The notes: generated by a model from the letters alone, not told the origin. Positions 1 through 13,824 are shown, counted from the stretch's first letter. The stretch is 64,000 bases of DNA from Octopus vulgaris (GCA_951406725.2 OX597818.1:80104001-80168000); one strand, 5' to 3'. Numbers and translations: made by a program.

Positions 1-190
1 AAGATGGTGGATAATCTTGTGGGTCTCAACCAAATTAGTTGCCAAACACTGGAGCTTTGATGTGAAGCGCGCTGTTCAGAGTATGGTAGATGCCTGACAG
101 TGGGTATTCGTCTGGCTGCATGTTTCTGAACAGTTTCCAAGAGATTGATATCCTGAGTATATGTTAAGTTCATTGAAGCGACATGGCTTA
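1..190 (-). mobile_element. Decayed CR1-like LINE fragment
   Basis: rc reads QDINLLETVQKHAARRIPTVRHLPYSEQ, homologous to the 39950-40415 segment. Confidence 0.75.
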
Positions 191-1645
191 CTGAAGGTAC
201 CCATTCTACTTTTTGGTAGATATTTCATGTCATTACTAGAATAACCACGAAATTTGATTTCCCAGTTAAACAGTTAGATAAGAAAAAGAAAAGAAAATAT
301 ATACATCAATGTAGATCAGTACTGGAGAAAGTTTTTATGTCTGAAGACCTCATTAGATTAAGAGAGAAGGAAATTTTATTAAATACATATAAAAATATAA
401 TTTATATTTATGACGAAAATAAAATTATAAATAAAAATGTATATTGACCTTTTGATGACATAATGCACATGCACACCTACACACACATACATACATTACA
501 TTTCCTGGCTAATGCATGTACAAAAATTTTAGGTGAAATCATGGCTGTGCCATTAAAAATCTTACTTTGCAATCATGCAGTTTTGGGTGCTGTCCTCCTG
601 CACAGCACCTGAGCAAGTATCTTCTATTATAGCCTCAATCCACCCAACACCTTGCATGTGCGTGTGTGAGTGTGTGTGTGTGTGTGTGTGTGATATTTGT
701 ACATGAGTGTCACTACCATACAAGCTGTGTCATTAATTTTCAATGTTCTGTGAAAACGTGGTTATAGTGAATTATTACTTTTCTTGGAAAAGGTAAAGGT
801 GGGTGTTGGAAAAGCATCTGGCTGTGGTAAAATCTGTCTCAATAAACTCCATCAGACCCTTCCAAGCATGAAAAAGTGAATGTTAAAATGATGACGATGA
901 TGATGATGATTGGAGTATTAAATAGAATGCCCTGTTGTCTCAACACCCTGAGTTCAAATCCTATTGAGGTCAGTCTTTTTATCCTTTTAAGGTTGATAAA
1001 ATTGTACCAATCCAGGGTAATGGATTGATGGGACTATTAGAGAGTCAGATCAAGATACCTTGTGGTATCTCCTTCAGTTCTTTGCATTCTGATAGCAATG
1101 TAACTAGTAATATTGGTGTAAACTTGCATCAAATTGGCTCAGTGGCTTTTCCCTTAAACATCAGTGGTATAGAGAAAGGAGATTTGCATTCATAGGTAAG
1201 GCTGATGCTAGGAAGTTCGGGGTTCAATCAGAGAATTGTCAGTGGAACCCTCTACACTACAAAAGTTGAAGAATGATATTTTATGTATCATGTAGTATGG
1301 CAGTCCCAGCCAAAAAGCACTGAGGGCTTGAAGCTCCACCATTAGCCACAATGATGTACTAAAAATTTGTCATGTTGACCTCCACTTGAGCATGTGCGTG
1401 GAGCCCTCTCTTGGCATGGGGTCCAGTCTGAACAACCTTGTTCATAGGACAACTGCCAGTCTTCTTCAAAAGATCATTCCCAGGCCTCAGCATTCATGTG
1501 CAGAAATAGGATCAACCATAGCTGATTGAGGCCCTAGGTAAAAGTGAACTTGATTTTATAACAATGGTAATGTTAATGATAATGGTAATGTCAATACATA
1601 CACAACTAACAGAAATACTTTAAAAAATTGGACAATGTGTCTTAC

Positions 1646-1763
1646 CTCTTATTGTAAAGGCATTCATAAACAAGGGAGTGCATTGAGAAATCTTCAACTT
1701 TTTGGGAGGTGGCGGCTCCTCAGTTATCTCCCCATCAATATTCACAATAAACAGATCTTCAGA
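1646..1763 (-). CDS. APIP: APIP exon 4: [39 protein letters not shown](G); gene continues left of the window
   Basis: 118-nt exon, ttttgtag|TCT...AGA G|gtaag; [10 protein letters not shown] motif of APIP; phase consistent with exon 3. Confidence 0.97.
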
Positions 1764-3062
1764 CTACAAAATATAAAGTTATACAGGTTTGTTAGTCTTT
1801 TATTTTTTTCATTCAAGGAATCAGATTTGTAGGAACACAAAATAGGAATTTAGAACATTCATACTTTTCCCAGAAGAGTAACTTAAGTAAGTAATTGCAT
1901 ATAAGGGAAATGAAAATGGCTTATTCCAGAATTTGAACTAGGGTTACTGATTTATCTAGCCAGCAGTTTACTTCAACTTCATAATAGTAACTGAGATACT
2001 TTATAAACTAAAGGCACCAAGTAGTTAACTGGTATTTCATTAGTTATAACGACGAGGGTTCCAGTTGATCCAATCAACAGAATAACCTGTTCGTGAAATT
2101 AACATAAAAGTGGTTGAACATTCCACAGACACATGTACCCTTAACCTAGTTCTTAGGGAGATTCAGCATGACACAGAATGTGACAAAGTTGGCCCCTTTG
2201 AAATACAAGTGCTACTCATTTTTGCCAGCTGAATGGGCTGGAACAACATGAAATAAAGTGTCTTGCTCAAGAACACAACATGCTGGTGGGAATTGAACTC
2301 ATGACCTTATGATTGTGAGCCAAATGCCCTAACCATTAGGCCACATGCATCCACCATATAATTAAACTTTCTAAAATGAAATTTTATTGTCTATATTTTT
2401 CCACAGAAAACACTCTTGAAAGATTTTCTGATATCACAATTTTAAATTGCCAAATCAGTGATTTTCATAAAAAATCTAAACCCCAAAAATTCATTCAATG
2501 AGCTAAGAAATACATGTTAAACTATACTTGGCCAAGGAGGTCTAATAAGACTGAAACATGTCCAGAATTATCACCATTTTTACCAATGATCAGACTCACT
2601 CTCCATTGCATGTCTCCATTGAATGTTCAATCAATTTATAGATTGGAGTTCTCTCCCCTCACCTTCTATGAAAAACTTGTCATAGATATTAACACTACAC
2701 TTGAAATTTCAATTAATTAAAAATTCTTTTTAGTTCATTAAACTATGTTAACTCACACTCAACTATGTCTATGTTTGTTTCTGGACTATTTTACATTTTT
2801 TCAGATGTATTACTGGTGCAGCATTTCAATTGCTTTCTTTTCAGCTTGTACTTTCACACATTACATATCACACACACACACTCACACACACATCCCATGA
2901 ATACCGACCCACCCATACCACTTCTCTAAAGTCACCATCCTGTACTTTGAGGGTACATCCTGACACATCTTCACCACCATCCTCTTTCTTTTCCAGTTGG
3001 GGTAGTCATGTGTCCCCTCTACAGCAAGGAACTTGTTACAGTTCTCTTATCATACTTTAGCC

Positions 3063-3347
3063 CAGTGATTCTCAAAATAGGCAGTACTGCCTCCCTGGGG
3101 GCAGTGGAAAGATCCAGGGTGAGTGGTGATCCATTGAAAAGTGGGTGATAATGAGTTGGCCGAAAGAGGGTGATGGATGTAAAAACAACAAAATAATGGA
3201 TTAATTAGGTTAAGTTTCCTTTGTGAAATACAGTTGTTTCGAATTTTCAGCAGAAAGTGGTCTATCTCTGCAGTGGTGGGGGGAGGACGCTAGGAATGTG
3301 GCCTAGGTACCAAGGGGGTGGCAACCCAAAAAATCTAAGAATCACTG
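3063..3347. mobile_element. hAT (Charlie-type) MITE with perfect 8-bp TSD
   Basis: TIR CAGTGATTCT...AGAATCACTG; TSD CTTTAGCC at 3055-3062 and 3348-3355. Confidence 0.9.
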
Positions 3348-4449
3348 CTTTAGCCTCACAGCATCTGGCAAAAAGCTATCTTTCTCAATTCTACACACTT
3401 ACATAAGAAAGGATCTTATCTCTTTTACTATTTTATTCTTTTACTTCTTTCAGTCATTTGACTGTGGCCATGCTGGAGCACCACCTTTAGTCAAAGAAAT
3501 TAACCCCGGGACTTATTCTTTGTAAGCCTAGTACTAACTCTATCGGTCTTTTTTGCCGAACCTCCAAGTTACAGGGACGTAAACACACAAGCATCGGTTG
3601 TCAAGCAATGTTGGGGGGACAAACACAGACACACAAACATATACACACATACATACATATATATATACACATATTTATACAACAGGCTTCTTCTAGTTTC
3701 CCTCTACTAAATCCACTCACAAGGCTTTGGTCGACCTGAGGCGATAGTAGAAAACACATGCCCAAGGTGCCACACAGTGTGACTGAACCCGGAACCATGT
3801 GGTTGGTAAGCAAGCTACTTACCACACAGCCACACCCGCACCTTTTCAATTTACTTGATGACTACACTAGTGTCATTGCTATACAAAAAGCACCACATAC
3901 ACTCTGTAATGTAGTTGCTGTTAGAAATGGCATTGAGTCATAGAAACTACTTATATACAGCGTGGAGTCTTTAGGACTTTGTGCAGTCCTCTGACAAGCC
4001 AGATCCTGTCTAACTCATGACAGCATGGAAAACTAATGCTATATGATAATGATGATGGTGATGATCATCCAAAACTCACAGCTCCAGTCCCTCAATTCAT
4101 TCACAAGTGCAAGGCAACAGTGCAGACAAAGAGCACTTATTACAACACTTCAAGAAATTCATTCACCCTTATAATCTAGATGGCTTCTACTTGGCATACA
4201 ACTTCTGCAGCACCATTATCCAAAAATAAATGATGCATCAGACAAGCTGCAAGCTCTCCTGCTTTACAAACTGCAGCTAATCCTTTCAGTCCGTTGCCAA
4301 AAGGATCTCTACTAACAACCTACTTTGCAGAACCCTCCTATCTACTTCTCAACCATGAAGTCCTACAAACCAATGTGATCATTGAAAAATGGCCACTAAA
4401 ACAATCATTATGATGATGATGATACACACACACACACACACACACACAC

Positions 4450-5215
4450 CCATATATAGTTTACAATTCCATTATAAGTTGGATCAACAAAAAAGTACTC
4501 CATCCAGTGAGAGATAGATATCATTTAATATACACAATTTACAAAAGAGCTACTAATAGCTTTATGCTTTAGAGATACAATAAACTGGTACATTTATATA
4601 ACATGCCATGTATCTCCAAGTTATCTTTCAGGCACAGTGCATATCATTAGATGTATTTAAAACCTAAGGCACTGGTCTATGAGAAAACATGAGCAAAACC
4701 AAGAAGAAAAAAATGCAAAGAAGGGTGATGCAAAAAGTGGAACAAGAAGAAAGAAAAGAAAAGTAAGAAAACCAAGATCTTCATCCTGTTTGTCTGTAGA
4801 AAACATAATTAATCTAGCTGGAGTAGAGTAATAAAACAGAAAGAAGGCTGAATTCTGTGAGATAGCTACTCAATCCAGAGCAGGTGGCATCCTTCAGCTG
4901 AACAAAAGAAACTTGTCTATGTGCTTGCATTTGCTAAAAATTTCAGATCTAGAATTAAATAGTGTGGTGGAATTCTTGGACCAAAACAGAATGTGTGATC
5001 TTTCAGCTATGTATAACTTGCTTCTCTTTGATCAATTTATATATGGCATAGATTTCTCCATAATTCTCCACTTGATTGTATGTGGTATGTAGTTGGTCCT
5101 CAGATCCCATGCCTAGATAGCCAAATTAGTGGCTTTATTTTTATCAACATGTTGAAAAGAAAACTGGTGGCTTGCATAATGGCTTTTAAAATTGCCTTTG
5201 TATAAACTGATTAAG
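4450..5215 (-). mobile_element. Decayed 3' end of a Penelope-like element (GIY-YIG C-terminus of KCRH type, Naiad-like) with a degenerate hammerhead at 4547-4635
   Basis: rc 4900-5200 translates FKSHYASHQFSF..TNLAI*AWDLR..IKWRIMEK..SKRSKLYIAERSHI..FNSRSEIFSKCKHIDKFLL. Downstream: gtgc CTGAAAGA..ttggagatac/gtatctctaa..AAAGctattaGTA gctc. Confidence 0.7.
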
Positions 5216-5283
5216 TATATATATACTTATATATATATGATCATCATCATTTAGCATCTGCCTTCCATGGTAACATGGATGGG

Positions 5284-5336
<53 letters not shown>

Positions 5337-5379
5337 AATACACACAAAATTCATTATATTATATAATCTGTTTTATATA

Positions 5380-5913
5380 TACAGGGTTACTCAAAAAGAA
5401 TGAACCGATTTCATTACACAATATTTTAATAAGGAAAAGCAATAGAAAACTCCAGCTAAGTCACAAGTATTTACTCACAATCAACTTTTATTTCCTGTCT
5501 TACAAGTATTCAATGTGACCACTACCTGCAGCACAGGCAACATCAATGCAATAAGAGAATTCCTCCCAGACACATATCAACATATCAAAAGCAAGTTCAT
5601 TATTGAACTAGAGAATAAATTCACTTTGCCTGAGGCAATTCCAGAAGATATTGACATGGAAGGGAAATGGTAAAACTTCAATAAAGCATTCAACCAGACA
5701 GTCAAAGAAGTACTCAGTGGATCGTGATATACTGATGCGCATCAGGAAGGAATTCTCTTATTGCATTGAAGCTGCCTGTGCTGCAGGTGGTGTAAGACAG
5801 GAAATAAAAGCTGATTGTGAGTAAATACTTCTGACTTAGCTGGAGTTTTCTAATGCTTTTCCTTATTAGAATATTGCATAATGAAATCAGTTCATTCATT
5901 TTGAATAACCTTA
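5380..5913. mobile_element. Tc1/mariner-type foldback MITE (~200-bp arms) enclosing a LINE-like fragment
   Basis: TA-CAGGGT end; ~5380-5588 is inverted at ~5724-5913. Centre translates KFIIELENKFTLPEAIPEDIDMEGKW*NFNKAFNQTVKEVL. Confidence 0.75.
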
Positions 5914-6292
5914 TGTGTGTGTGTTTATATGTATATATATATATAATAAAAATCAAATGGAAATTGTAGTTGTGATACGTGCTGGTGGCACGTAAAAAAC
6001 ACCATCTGAACGTAGCCAATGCCAGCACCGCCTTGACTGGCGTTCGTGCCAGTGGCACGTAAAAAGCACCAACCGATCATGGATGTTGCCAGCCTCCTCT
6101 GGCCCCTGTGCCAGTGGCATGTAAAAAGCACCCACTACACTCACGGAATGGTTGGCATTAGGAAGGGATTCTAGCTGTAGAAACACCATCAGATCAGACT
6201 GGAGCCTGGTGCAGCCTCCTGGCTTCTCAAACCCCAGTCGAACCGTCCAACTCATGCTAGCATGGAAAACGGATGTTAAACGATGATGATGA

Positions 6293-6337
<45 letters not shown>

Positions 6338-7969
6338 TATATGTAATCTTGCAGACCAAGCCTCCATACTTGTAACTCAATTTGCATCCCAGCTTCTATC
6401 CTCTTTAGTCACTCAGAATAGAATATAACCCAAACTTTTCCATCATTCAAGATATGTCACAATTTTTGGAAACCTACTAGTGTCCCACTTTTGACTGCTG
6501 CTACAATTACACAAATAACAATAGCATTCAAACTCCCTTGACGTTTTGTCATTTGTAGTAACAACAACCTTTGCATTTTGTTTACAGAACCAATAAAATT
6601 TTGTTTGCCAAAAACCTCAACAGATTTCATTGTCTTCTTCATACATGTCCCGGGGACTGCATCTTGCTCCAATGTCTGCAATGGCAAGGTTTTTACAGCT
6701 GGATGAGTTTCCTAATGCCAACCATTTTACAATGTGTACAGGGTGGGCTTTTTTTTCATGCCACCAGCACTATTCAGATCACCATGTAGCTCACAAGTTA
6801 ACAAAATCCAATGTGTGAGGTGGGGTTGGGGTGTCTTTATGCTTGACAGGGGGTTAAGGTATGAGAGAAGAAGGTATGGTGAAGCAGGCTCTTGTCATAA
6901 AGGAGCTATATTTCTACTCACATACAGGGAAGACAGTGAGACTGAATCAACAGTATCTCCAAAGAGATAATTAGTAGTGACAAGGTGTCCAGGTGGTACC
7001 TCAAGGTATGACGTGTGTAGTAGTGAATGGGGACAGAGAAGCTAAGTATGTGTGGTTGGGTGGGGATTGGCAAAAGTGTAGGTGGGGTGCAAAAGATTGG
7101 AGAAAAGGGATCCTAATCTTTGGAAACATACCACAGTATCCCATTTGAAAGAAAGGTAACCCCTCTGACTCAGACAACTATCTTACAATATATTCATACA
7201 ACTATCTTACAATATATTGCAGCAATTGACAGTGTCAGCATTGGTCACTTTCCAAATGTTAACTACTCAAATGTGATGTAGAAGCAGGTGGCACAGGCAT
7301 GGCTGTATAGTTAAGAATTTTACTTCAGGAACATGGGGTTCCAGGATCAAACCCACCAAGTATTACATAAGACAAGTTTTTTTTTTTGTACTACAGCCTT
7401 TGCTTGGCCAATACTTTGTTGCAGAATACAGTTGAAAGGAAGCTAGGTCTGAGCATGTAAAGGGGTTGACATGAAGATGGTTAGCCATCCACAGAAGTCA
7501 TGCAAGCATGGAACATAGATGTTGAATGATGACGATATAAATATATATATATATATATTGATAAAACGGTAAGATAACAAAAGAAAGAAAGAGACCTCAA
7601 TATTATGTAAATAGAGGAAATTTATCTATACAATATGTTACATTACTCGGTAGTCAAGATAAAACTCTGAGTTTCAGATGCCGAAGTGGAAATCCACAAC
7701 ACCATCTCTTCCGAGTAATGTAACATATTGTATAGATATATGTATATATATATATATATATATGTTGTTTGTTCTTATGTTGAGTTATAATAAAAACAAT
7801 TTTACATTAATCTGATGGGTTACACTATACTTTTGTAGAGTACAAATTTATAATTCTTAAATGAGAATATTATTGACAGTGACTTCGAAGTTACAGCCAG
7901 TTGTCCAACAATAGCTTAGCTGACCGAAACTTTGAAGTCACTACCGATAAGATTCTTGTTAAAGAATTA

Positions 7970-8330
7970 TCTATTATATAAAATCCGTTTTATCTGCCTG
8001 TGTGTGTGTCTTCTAGGATCTCAGGAATCCTCCATCCGATTGCACTCAAATTTGATATGTAGATACTGACAGTATCAGGGCATGTATAAGTCTTGAAAAA
8101 ATTACAAAAATCGATTCCAGGTGAGAATGCGATCAATAAAGCCGTGGGAACGTGCAAGTACATCAGTCAAAATCCGTCTTTTGCTGGTGTCTCAAATTTA
8201 GGTTAAATCAGTGTTTCTCAAAGGGGAGGCTTATGGGATGGTCAGACAAGTTGCTTTGAGAAAATTTGGTTTAAATGTTTGACAACTCAGCACCGTCCAT
8301 TGGATGGGGGGGAGACGTCTTGCTCGTATA
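7970..8330 (+). mobile_element. Helitron-like 5' fragment
   Basis: TCTATTATATAAAA start followed by tctgcctgtgtgtgtgtc..ccgattgcactcaaatttg, typical of invertebrate non-autonomous Helitrons; no 3' end seen. Confidence 0.5.
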
Positions 8331-8336
8331 TATATA

Positions 8337-9180
8337 CTAGCAGAATTGCCCGGCGTTGCTCGGGGCTGAATTGCTTGAAAGTACTGTTAATGATTGCACT
8401 GAATTATGATGATTATTCAGGCAAATATTGATATAAGCTTACGGTGGGAGATAAGGACTTAACGATCAAACGTGTGCCATTGCATTGTTTTGGGGGAACC
8501 AAATTTCTGATGAGCATTATAGGGGCACCAACTTTAAGTTTGAGAAAGTGTGGTGGTAGTCCGGGGTGCTCAAAGGAATTGAGTACCTCTATTGGATAGT
8601 TGATGACGTCCTCTGGGTCAAGAGTTGTATCGATAGACTGATATACATAGACTTCCCCAGGAATGAGTTTTAGCATTTCATCATTAATATGGTGAACAGT
8701 TTTATTCCTCGGGGCCAGTATAGCCTTTTTGCCAATCCAATCCATATTCTGATAATTAGCTTGTAGATCTGGGAACACTGCATCTCTGAGATCAGAAGGC
8801 GTCTTAACAATGGTACAAATGGAATCGATGGCAATATTACCATTTTCATCCCCTGGTATTTTGCCTTCGCCAAGTGCAAGGAGGGTGTGAGGAAATGCTG
8901 CTGATGTGATATTACGTCGCATATGAGCATGCATATTGGTGTGAAGTTTGAGAGTTACTTCCGTTTATTTTTAAAAATATGCATTAAAATGGAAAAAAAT
9001 GATGGTAAATTATTTGTAAAATCATAGACTCATCGTAGACGCGCGCTAATACCCAGAAGGGCTCGATATGAATCACGACTATAAGATACCCGGTTTTGGT
9101 TAAACTGCATCGCAAAATGTGGGAGTAGTTAGGAATCTAAATCGGAGTAGACAGACACACAACCTTTCTTTTATATATAA
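8337..9180 (-). mobile_element. Non-autonomous Helitron carrying a PIF1-like helicase fragment (8413-8934)
   Basis: ORF has AILAPRN..INDEML..YQSID..YPIEVLNS..PGLPPHFLKLKVGAPIMLIRNL..CNGTRLIV. 3' hairpin cccgagcaacgccggg followed by CTAG (8337-8340); TATATATAAAA-type 5' end near 9180. Confidence 0.9.
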
Positions 9181-9181
9181 A

Positions 9182-9640
9182 TATTTTCGTTCTAAAAAAC
9201 TTTGTATGGATTGAATGGTTACCTCTATGGAAATATATACACACATATTATACATACATGTGTGTATAGATGAATATATAAATACATTTAAATATCTATA
9301 TACACTTTTGGGCGATCTTTCTGTTTCTTAGAGATAACTTTAGATCTTATTTTCGTGCTAAAAAACTTTGTATGGAGTGAATGGTTACCTCTATGGAAAT
9401 ATATACACACACGTTATACATACATGTGTGCATAGATGAATATATAAATACATTTATATATCTATATACACTTTTGGGTGATCTCTGTGCTACTTAGAGA
9501 TAACTTTAGATCTTATTTTCGTCCTAAAAAACTTTGTGCGGAGTGAATGATTACGTGTATGGAAATATATACACACACATTATACATACATCTGTGTATA
9601 GATGAATATATAAATACATTTAAATATCTATATACACTTT
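9182..9640 (+). repeat. ~165-167-bp tandem repeat, ~2.8 copies
   Basis: Units start TATTTTCG at 9182, 9347 and 9514. Confidence 0.9.
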
Positions 9641-11597
9641 TGTTTCGCTTGTCGTAGCACACGTTTCCGTCGATTTCCGTAAAAAATGTAAACACTGAAT
9701 CGGCCATACATACATACATACATACACACACACATACATACACACACACACACACATACATGCATACATACATATACACATACACCGAGTAAAAAATTTC
9801 AGTTATCTCTTTCTTTCACACATTACTCTGTCTCTTCACACACACTAACAGAAGCACTTCACTTACACAACATACTGTCTGTCTCCCACACTCCATCAAA
9901 CACACACACACACACACATGTACATCAATGCGTCCCATGCACGGTAACTTCAAAAGAACTTCCCTCGTCATACAATCGCTTTCTCTTAGTCACTTTCGCT
10001 CTCATTACTTATGTAAAAAAATAAGTTTTTTACGGAAATCGACGGAAACCTGTGCTACGACAAGCGAAACATCGCCGATATAGGTCTTATATTCGTCCTA
10101 AAATACTTTCCTGTCACACACTCACGCACACGCACGCACACACACACACACGCGCACCCTCACACACACACACACACACTCACACACACGCACGTTAGCT
10201 TAGAATTTTATTTATATATTTGCGTGTCTATGTGTGTAAAGAGGAAGTGGCAGACTGAAAGAGTCACTCACTACAAAAGGTGAATTACTTTCATTTTATT
10301 CCTTGCACACTGTGTGTGTGCGTGAGTGTGTGGTGTAAAACACATTAAGAAAAGCATTTGACATACACACCAGAATGTGAGTTTTCTGTAAATTTTGCCT
10401 AATTGGAGTTTAAATTTTAAAAAGTGGACCTGGCAAAACCCGATGCATTCTACTCTTAAAAATGCTAAGTAAATTGTAATTGAAGAAATCCTATATTGTA
10501 GATTTCTATAACTGACAAAGGGAGGCAGATAAAATCTGCCTTTTATAATAAGAGATATATATATATATGGGTGGGGGTGCATACATACAAAATTTGCCTC
10601 AACAAATTCTGTCCAATACATGCAATCATGGAAAAATAACTGTTACAAGAATGATGATGATATATGTTTTATATTATATATTTTGTTATGTGTGCATGCA
10701 CATGTGCACGTGCATCTCTTTCACCAATGTCTATCATTGAAGTATGTAAATATCAGTAAGAAACAAAAAGAACTGCTTTACAAAGAAGGTCCCTTAAGAT
10801 ATTCATTCAACACTGAGCAACAGGCACTTCCTTTTCACTCTCATCTTTAGAAATGTAGTTAACCAGCAATTAGCTGCTGGAAACTTGTAACCAACAATTT
10901 AATAGTTTACAAATTGCAATTAATAAAAAACCATCATCATCATCATTTAACACTTTAGTATTCAGACTATATTGCCAAATATAATACTTATTTATTCACA
11001 TTTTATAAAATTAATCTTATATTATCTTGTAGCTTTGAGATTTCAAAGATGTGATTGCTTATTCTTAGAATGACATTGCATGGTTGGTGTGAGAGGCTGG
11101 ATCTGGCCAGTTTGAAAATAAAACAAGTAGAATATTTGGGCCACATATGCTAGTTTAAGTGCTAAAGAGTTAACATCCATCTTCCATGCTGGTATAAGTT
11201 GGACAGTTCAACAAGATCTGACGAACCAGAAAACTATGTCTAGCTCCAATACTAGCTTTGGCATGGTTTCTATGGCCAAATGCCCTTCCTAATGTGAACA
11301 ACCACAGAGAGCGTAATGAGTGCTTTTTTGCTGTTTTTCATGGCACTAGCCATGACACTAGCACAAGTAACTTGCAAGACAAGGCCCCTCACTGAGTAGG
11401 GTTGAAATACTGAGGGAGGTGGCTTTGGATCTGAAAGGGTTGAAGAGACATCATATATATAAACCAATACAAAAAATAAAGAAAGAAATGTATGCATGGC
11501 TGTGTGGTAAGAAGATTGCTTCCCAACCACATGGTTCCAGGTTCAGTCCCACTGAATGGCACCTTGGGCAAATAAAAGAATAAAAGAATAAACCAAC

Positions 11598-11646
11598 CTT
11601 GATTCTTTCTTTCTGAACACCTGATGGAGCAATATATATTTCATCC
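11598..11646 (-). CDS. APIP: APIP exon 3: (K)DEIYIAPSGVQKERIK
   Basis: 49-nt exon, tttttttcag|G GAT...AAG|gttggt. Phase 2 in matches exon 2; motif IYIAPSGVQKERI is diagnostic. Confidence 0.97.
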
Positions 11647-12046
11647 CTGAAAAAAAGTAAAAATGGAAATATATCAATTATCATCATCATAATCATCATC
11701 ATCATTTACCATACTACTTCCATATGTATGCATGTGTGTGTACATATATGTGTGAATGTGTTCCCTTGTCTTACCATCGCATGATAGTTGTAAAATGATT
11801 GCCATTGTCTTAAAAGCATTGTCATCTATTTCCAATATTTTGTGAAAACATGTCTGGCCATGATGTAACAGGTTAACGGTATGTGGTTGGCAACAGGAAG
11901 GGTATGCAATTGTAGAAAATTTAACTTGAAAATATTCTGTCCAACCTATGCAAGCATGGAAAATTAACATTATGGTGGCGGTGGCGATGATGATGACGAT
12001 GATGATGAGGAGGAGGAGAAGGAGACTCATTCAGAGTAATACTTAC

Positions 12047-12141
12047 TTGTGTTTTATGCTGATTCCTCCACCAGTTCCTGTGCACCAACCCAAATGATAG
12101 AATTGGCGGCACAATTCTGGAATCAAGGTGCGTGGGTGTTC
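12047..12141 (-). CDS. APIP: APIP exon 2: [31 protein letters not shown](K)
   Basis: 95-nt exon bounded by T-tract+gtgaag and GTAAGT. Peptide matches the APIP N-terminus (human [31 protein letters not shown]). Confidence 0.97.
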
Positions 12142-13458
12142 CTTCACAAAAAAAAAAAACAATAAGCAGAAATATCAACAACAGTAAATTGATAAGAAAA
12201 CAATAAATCAAATAATATATATTACATAACATGGCATTTATTTTACTAACAATTAAAAAAAAAAAATATGATATATCTTATATCAAGAAACATCAAAGAG
12301 GTGAGAAATTTTACACAAATCAAATGTGTAGTTCTGTTTCAATACCAAGTTGGAACTATTTTATGCTGCCCACTGTATTTGATAGCAGATAAGATCTTTT
12401 TTATTTGTTTCAGCCATTTGAATGTGGCTATGCTAGGGTACCATCTTGAAGGGTTTTACAGTTGAACAAATCAACCCCAGGACTTATCTTTTTTAAGCCT
12501 GGTACTTATTCTATCAGTCTCTTTTGCAGAATCCCCAAGTTATGGGGACATAAACACACCAACACCAGTTGTCAAGCAATCATGGAGGACAAACACAGAC
12601 ACACAGACACACTCATAAATATATACAGAGGCAATGATTAGAAACCAAAACCTTTGGAGATATGCTGTGATTGAGAAGACCCAGCAAGCAAAGTGAGATC
12701 ATAACTGTAGCCTATACCAGTATCGCATAACCAGCCCATTTTAAAAGTACCCTTGAATCACCGGGCGATACGATGCACTTGAGAAGACCTACTGAGTAAA
12801 GTAAAATCAAAAAGATAAAAAATCAAAAGCAAATCAAGATCGAAATCAAAATGGAAATTGTAGTTGGAGCTGATGCCAGTGCTGCCTGACTGGCACCCGT
12901 GCCGGTGGCACGTAATAAGCACCATTCAAGAGTGGGTTGATACCAGTGTCACCTGACTGGCTCCCCGTGCTGGTGGCATGTAAAAAGCACCATCTGAACG
13001 TGGTCAATGCTAATCCTCCACCCTACACCCCCTGACTGGCTCCTGTGCCAGTGGCACATGAAAAGCACCATCCAATTGTGGTTGATGCCAGTACCGCCTG
13101 ACTGACTCCCATGCCAGTGGCATGTAAAAAGGACTCACTACACTCTTGGAGTGGTTGGCTTTAGGAAAGGCATCCAACTGTAGAAACCTTGCCAGATCAG
13201 ATTGGAGCCTGGCACAGCCTACTGGCTTGCCAGTCCCCCAGTTAAACCGTTCAACCCATGCCAGCATGGAAAACGGACATTAAACAATGATGATGATGAT
13301 CTATGCAATAGTTAAGGAATTGAGTAGATTAGATCCAAGCTACATATGTTTCATAGCAAGCAGAACTTCAGAAGTGGTAAATATCCAAGCGAGATGTTAA
13401 CATGTTAACATGTACTTCCTTGCGATAATGTAAACTTTCATTTAATCAAGATATCCTT

Positions 13459-13540
13459 GGCCTGAAGAGTAGCCTGTGGTATACACCTCACTTAGATATT
13501 TACCACTTCTGAGGTTCTGCTCGCTATGAAATATGTAGCC
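13459..13540 (+). ncRNA. Hammerhead motif with extended stem II inside an inverted repeat (arms ~13305-13395 / ~13481-13575)
   Basis: ggc CTGAAGA gtagc...gctat GAAA tat GTA gcc. The opposite arm retains the full GAAACATATGTA (rc of 13341-13352). Confidence 0.6.
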
Positions 13541-13783
13541 CTGATCTTATCTACTCTATTCCTTAACTCTTGTATTCTTACTCACATAGCCAGCAACCCT
13601 GGTTGACTGCCGTGAAGTATAAAAAGAACTTTTCAATTTATCATACTTTGATAAGAGAAAAATTCACAACCTTCCATCTGAATAAACCAATATTGTCCCT
13701 CAAAGTTATTTTTTATATTTACTACAGATAACTCGAAGCTAACTTTCACTTTCTCCCTGCACTTCGGTCCCTCGGATCTTATA

Positions 13784-13823
<40 letters not shown>

Positions 13824-13824
<1 letters not shown>

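Noticed and set aside
5030-5040. In-frame TGA as selenocysteine in the Naiad-like remnant
   Set aside because: It falls at a non-Cys position in a frame that also has a TAG and has lost its cysteines; simple decay.
8413-8934. Host PIF1 helicase gene
   Set aside because: Partial domain bounded by Helitron termini (hairpin plus CTAG).
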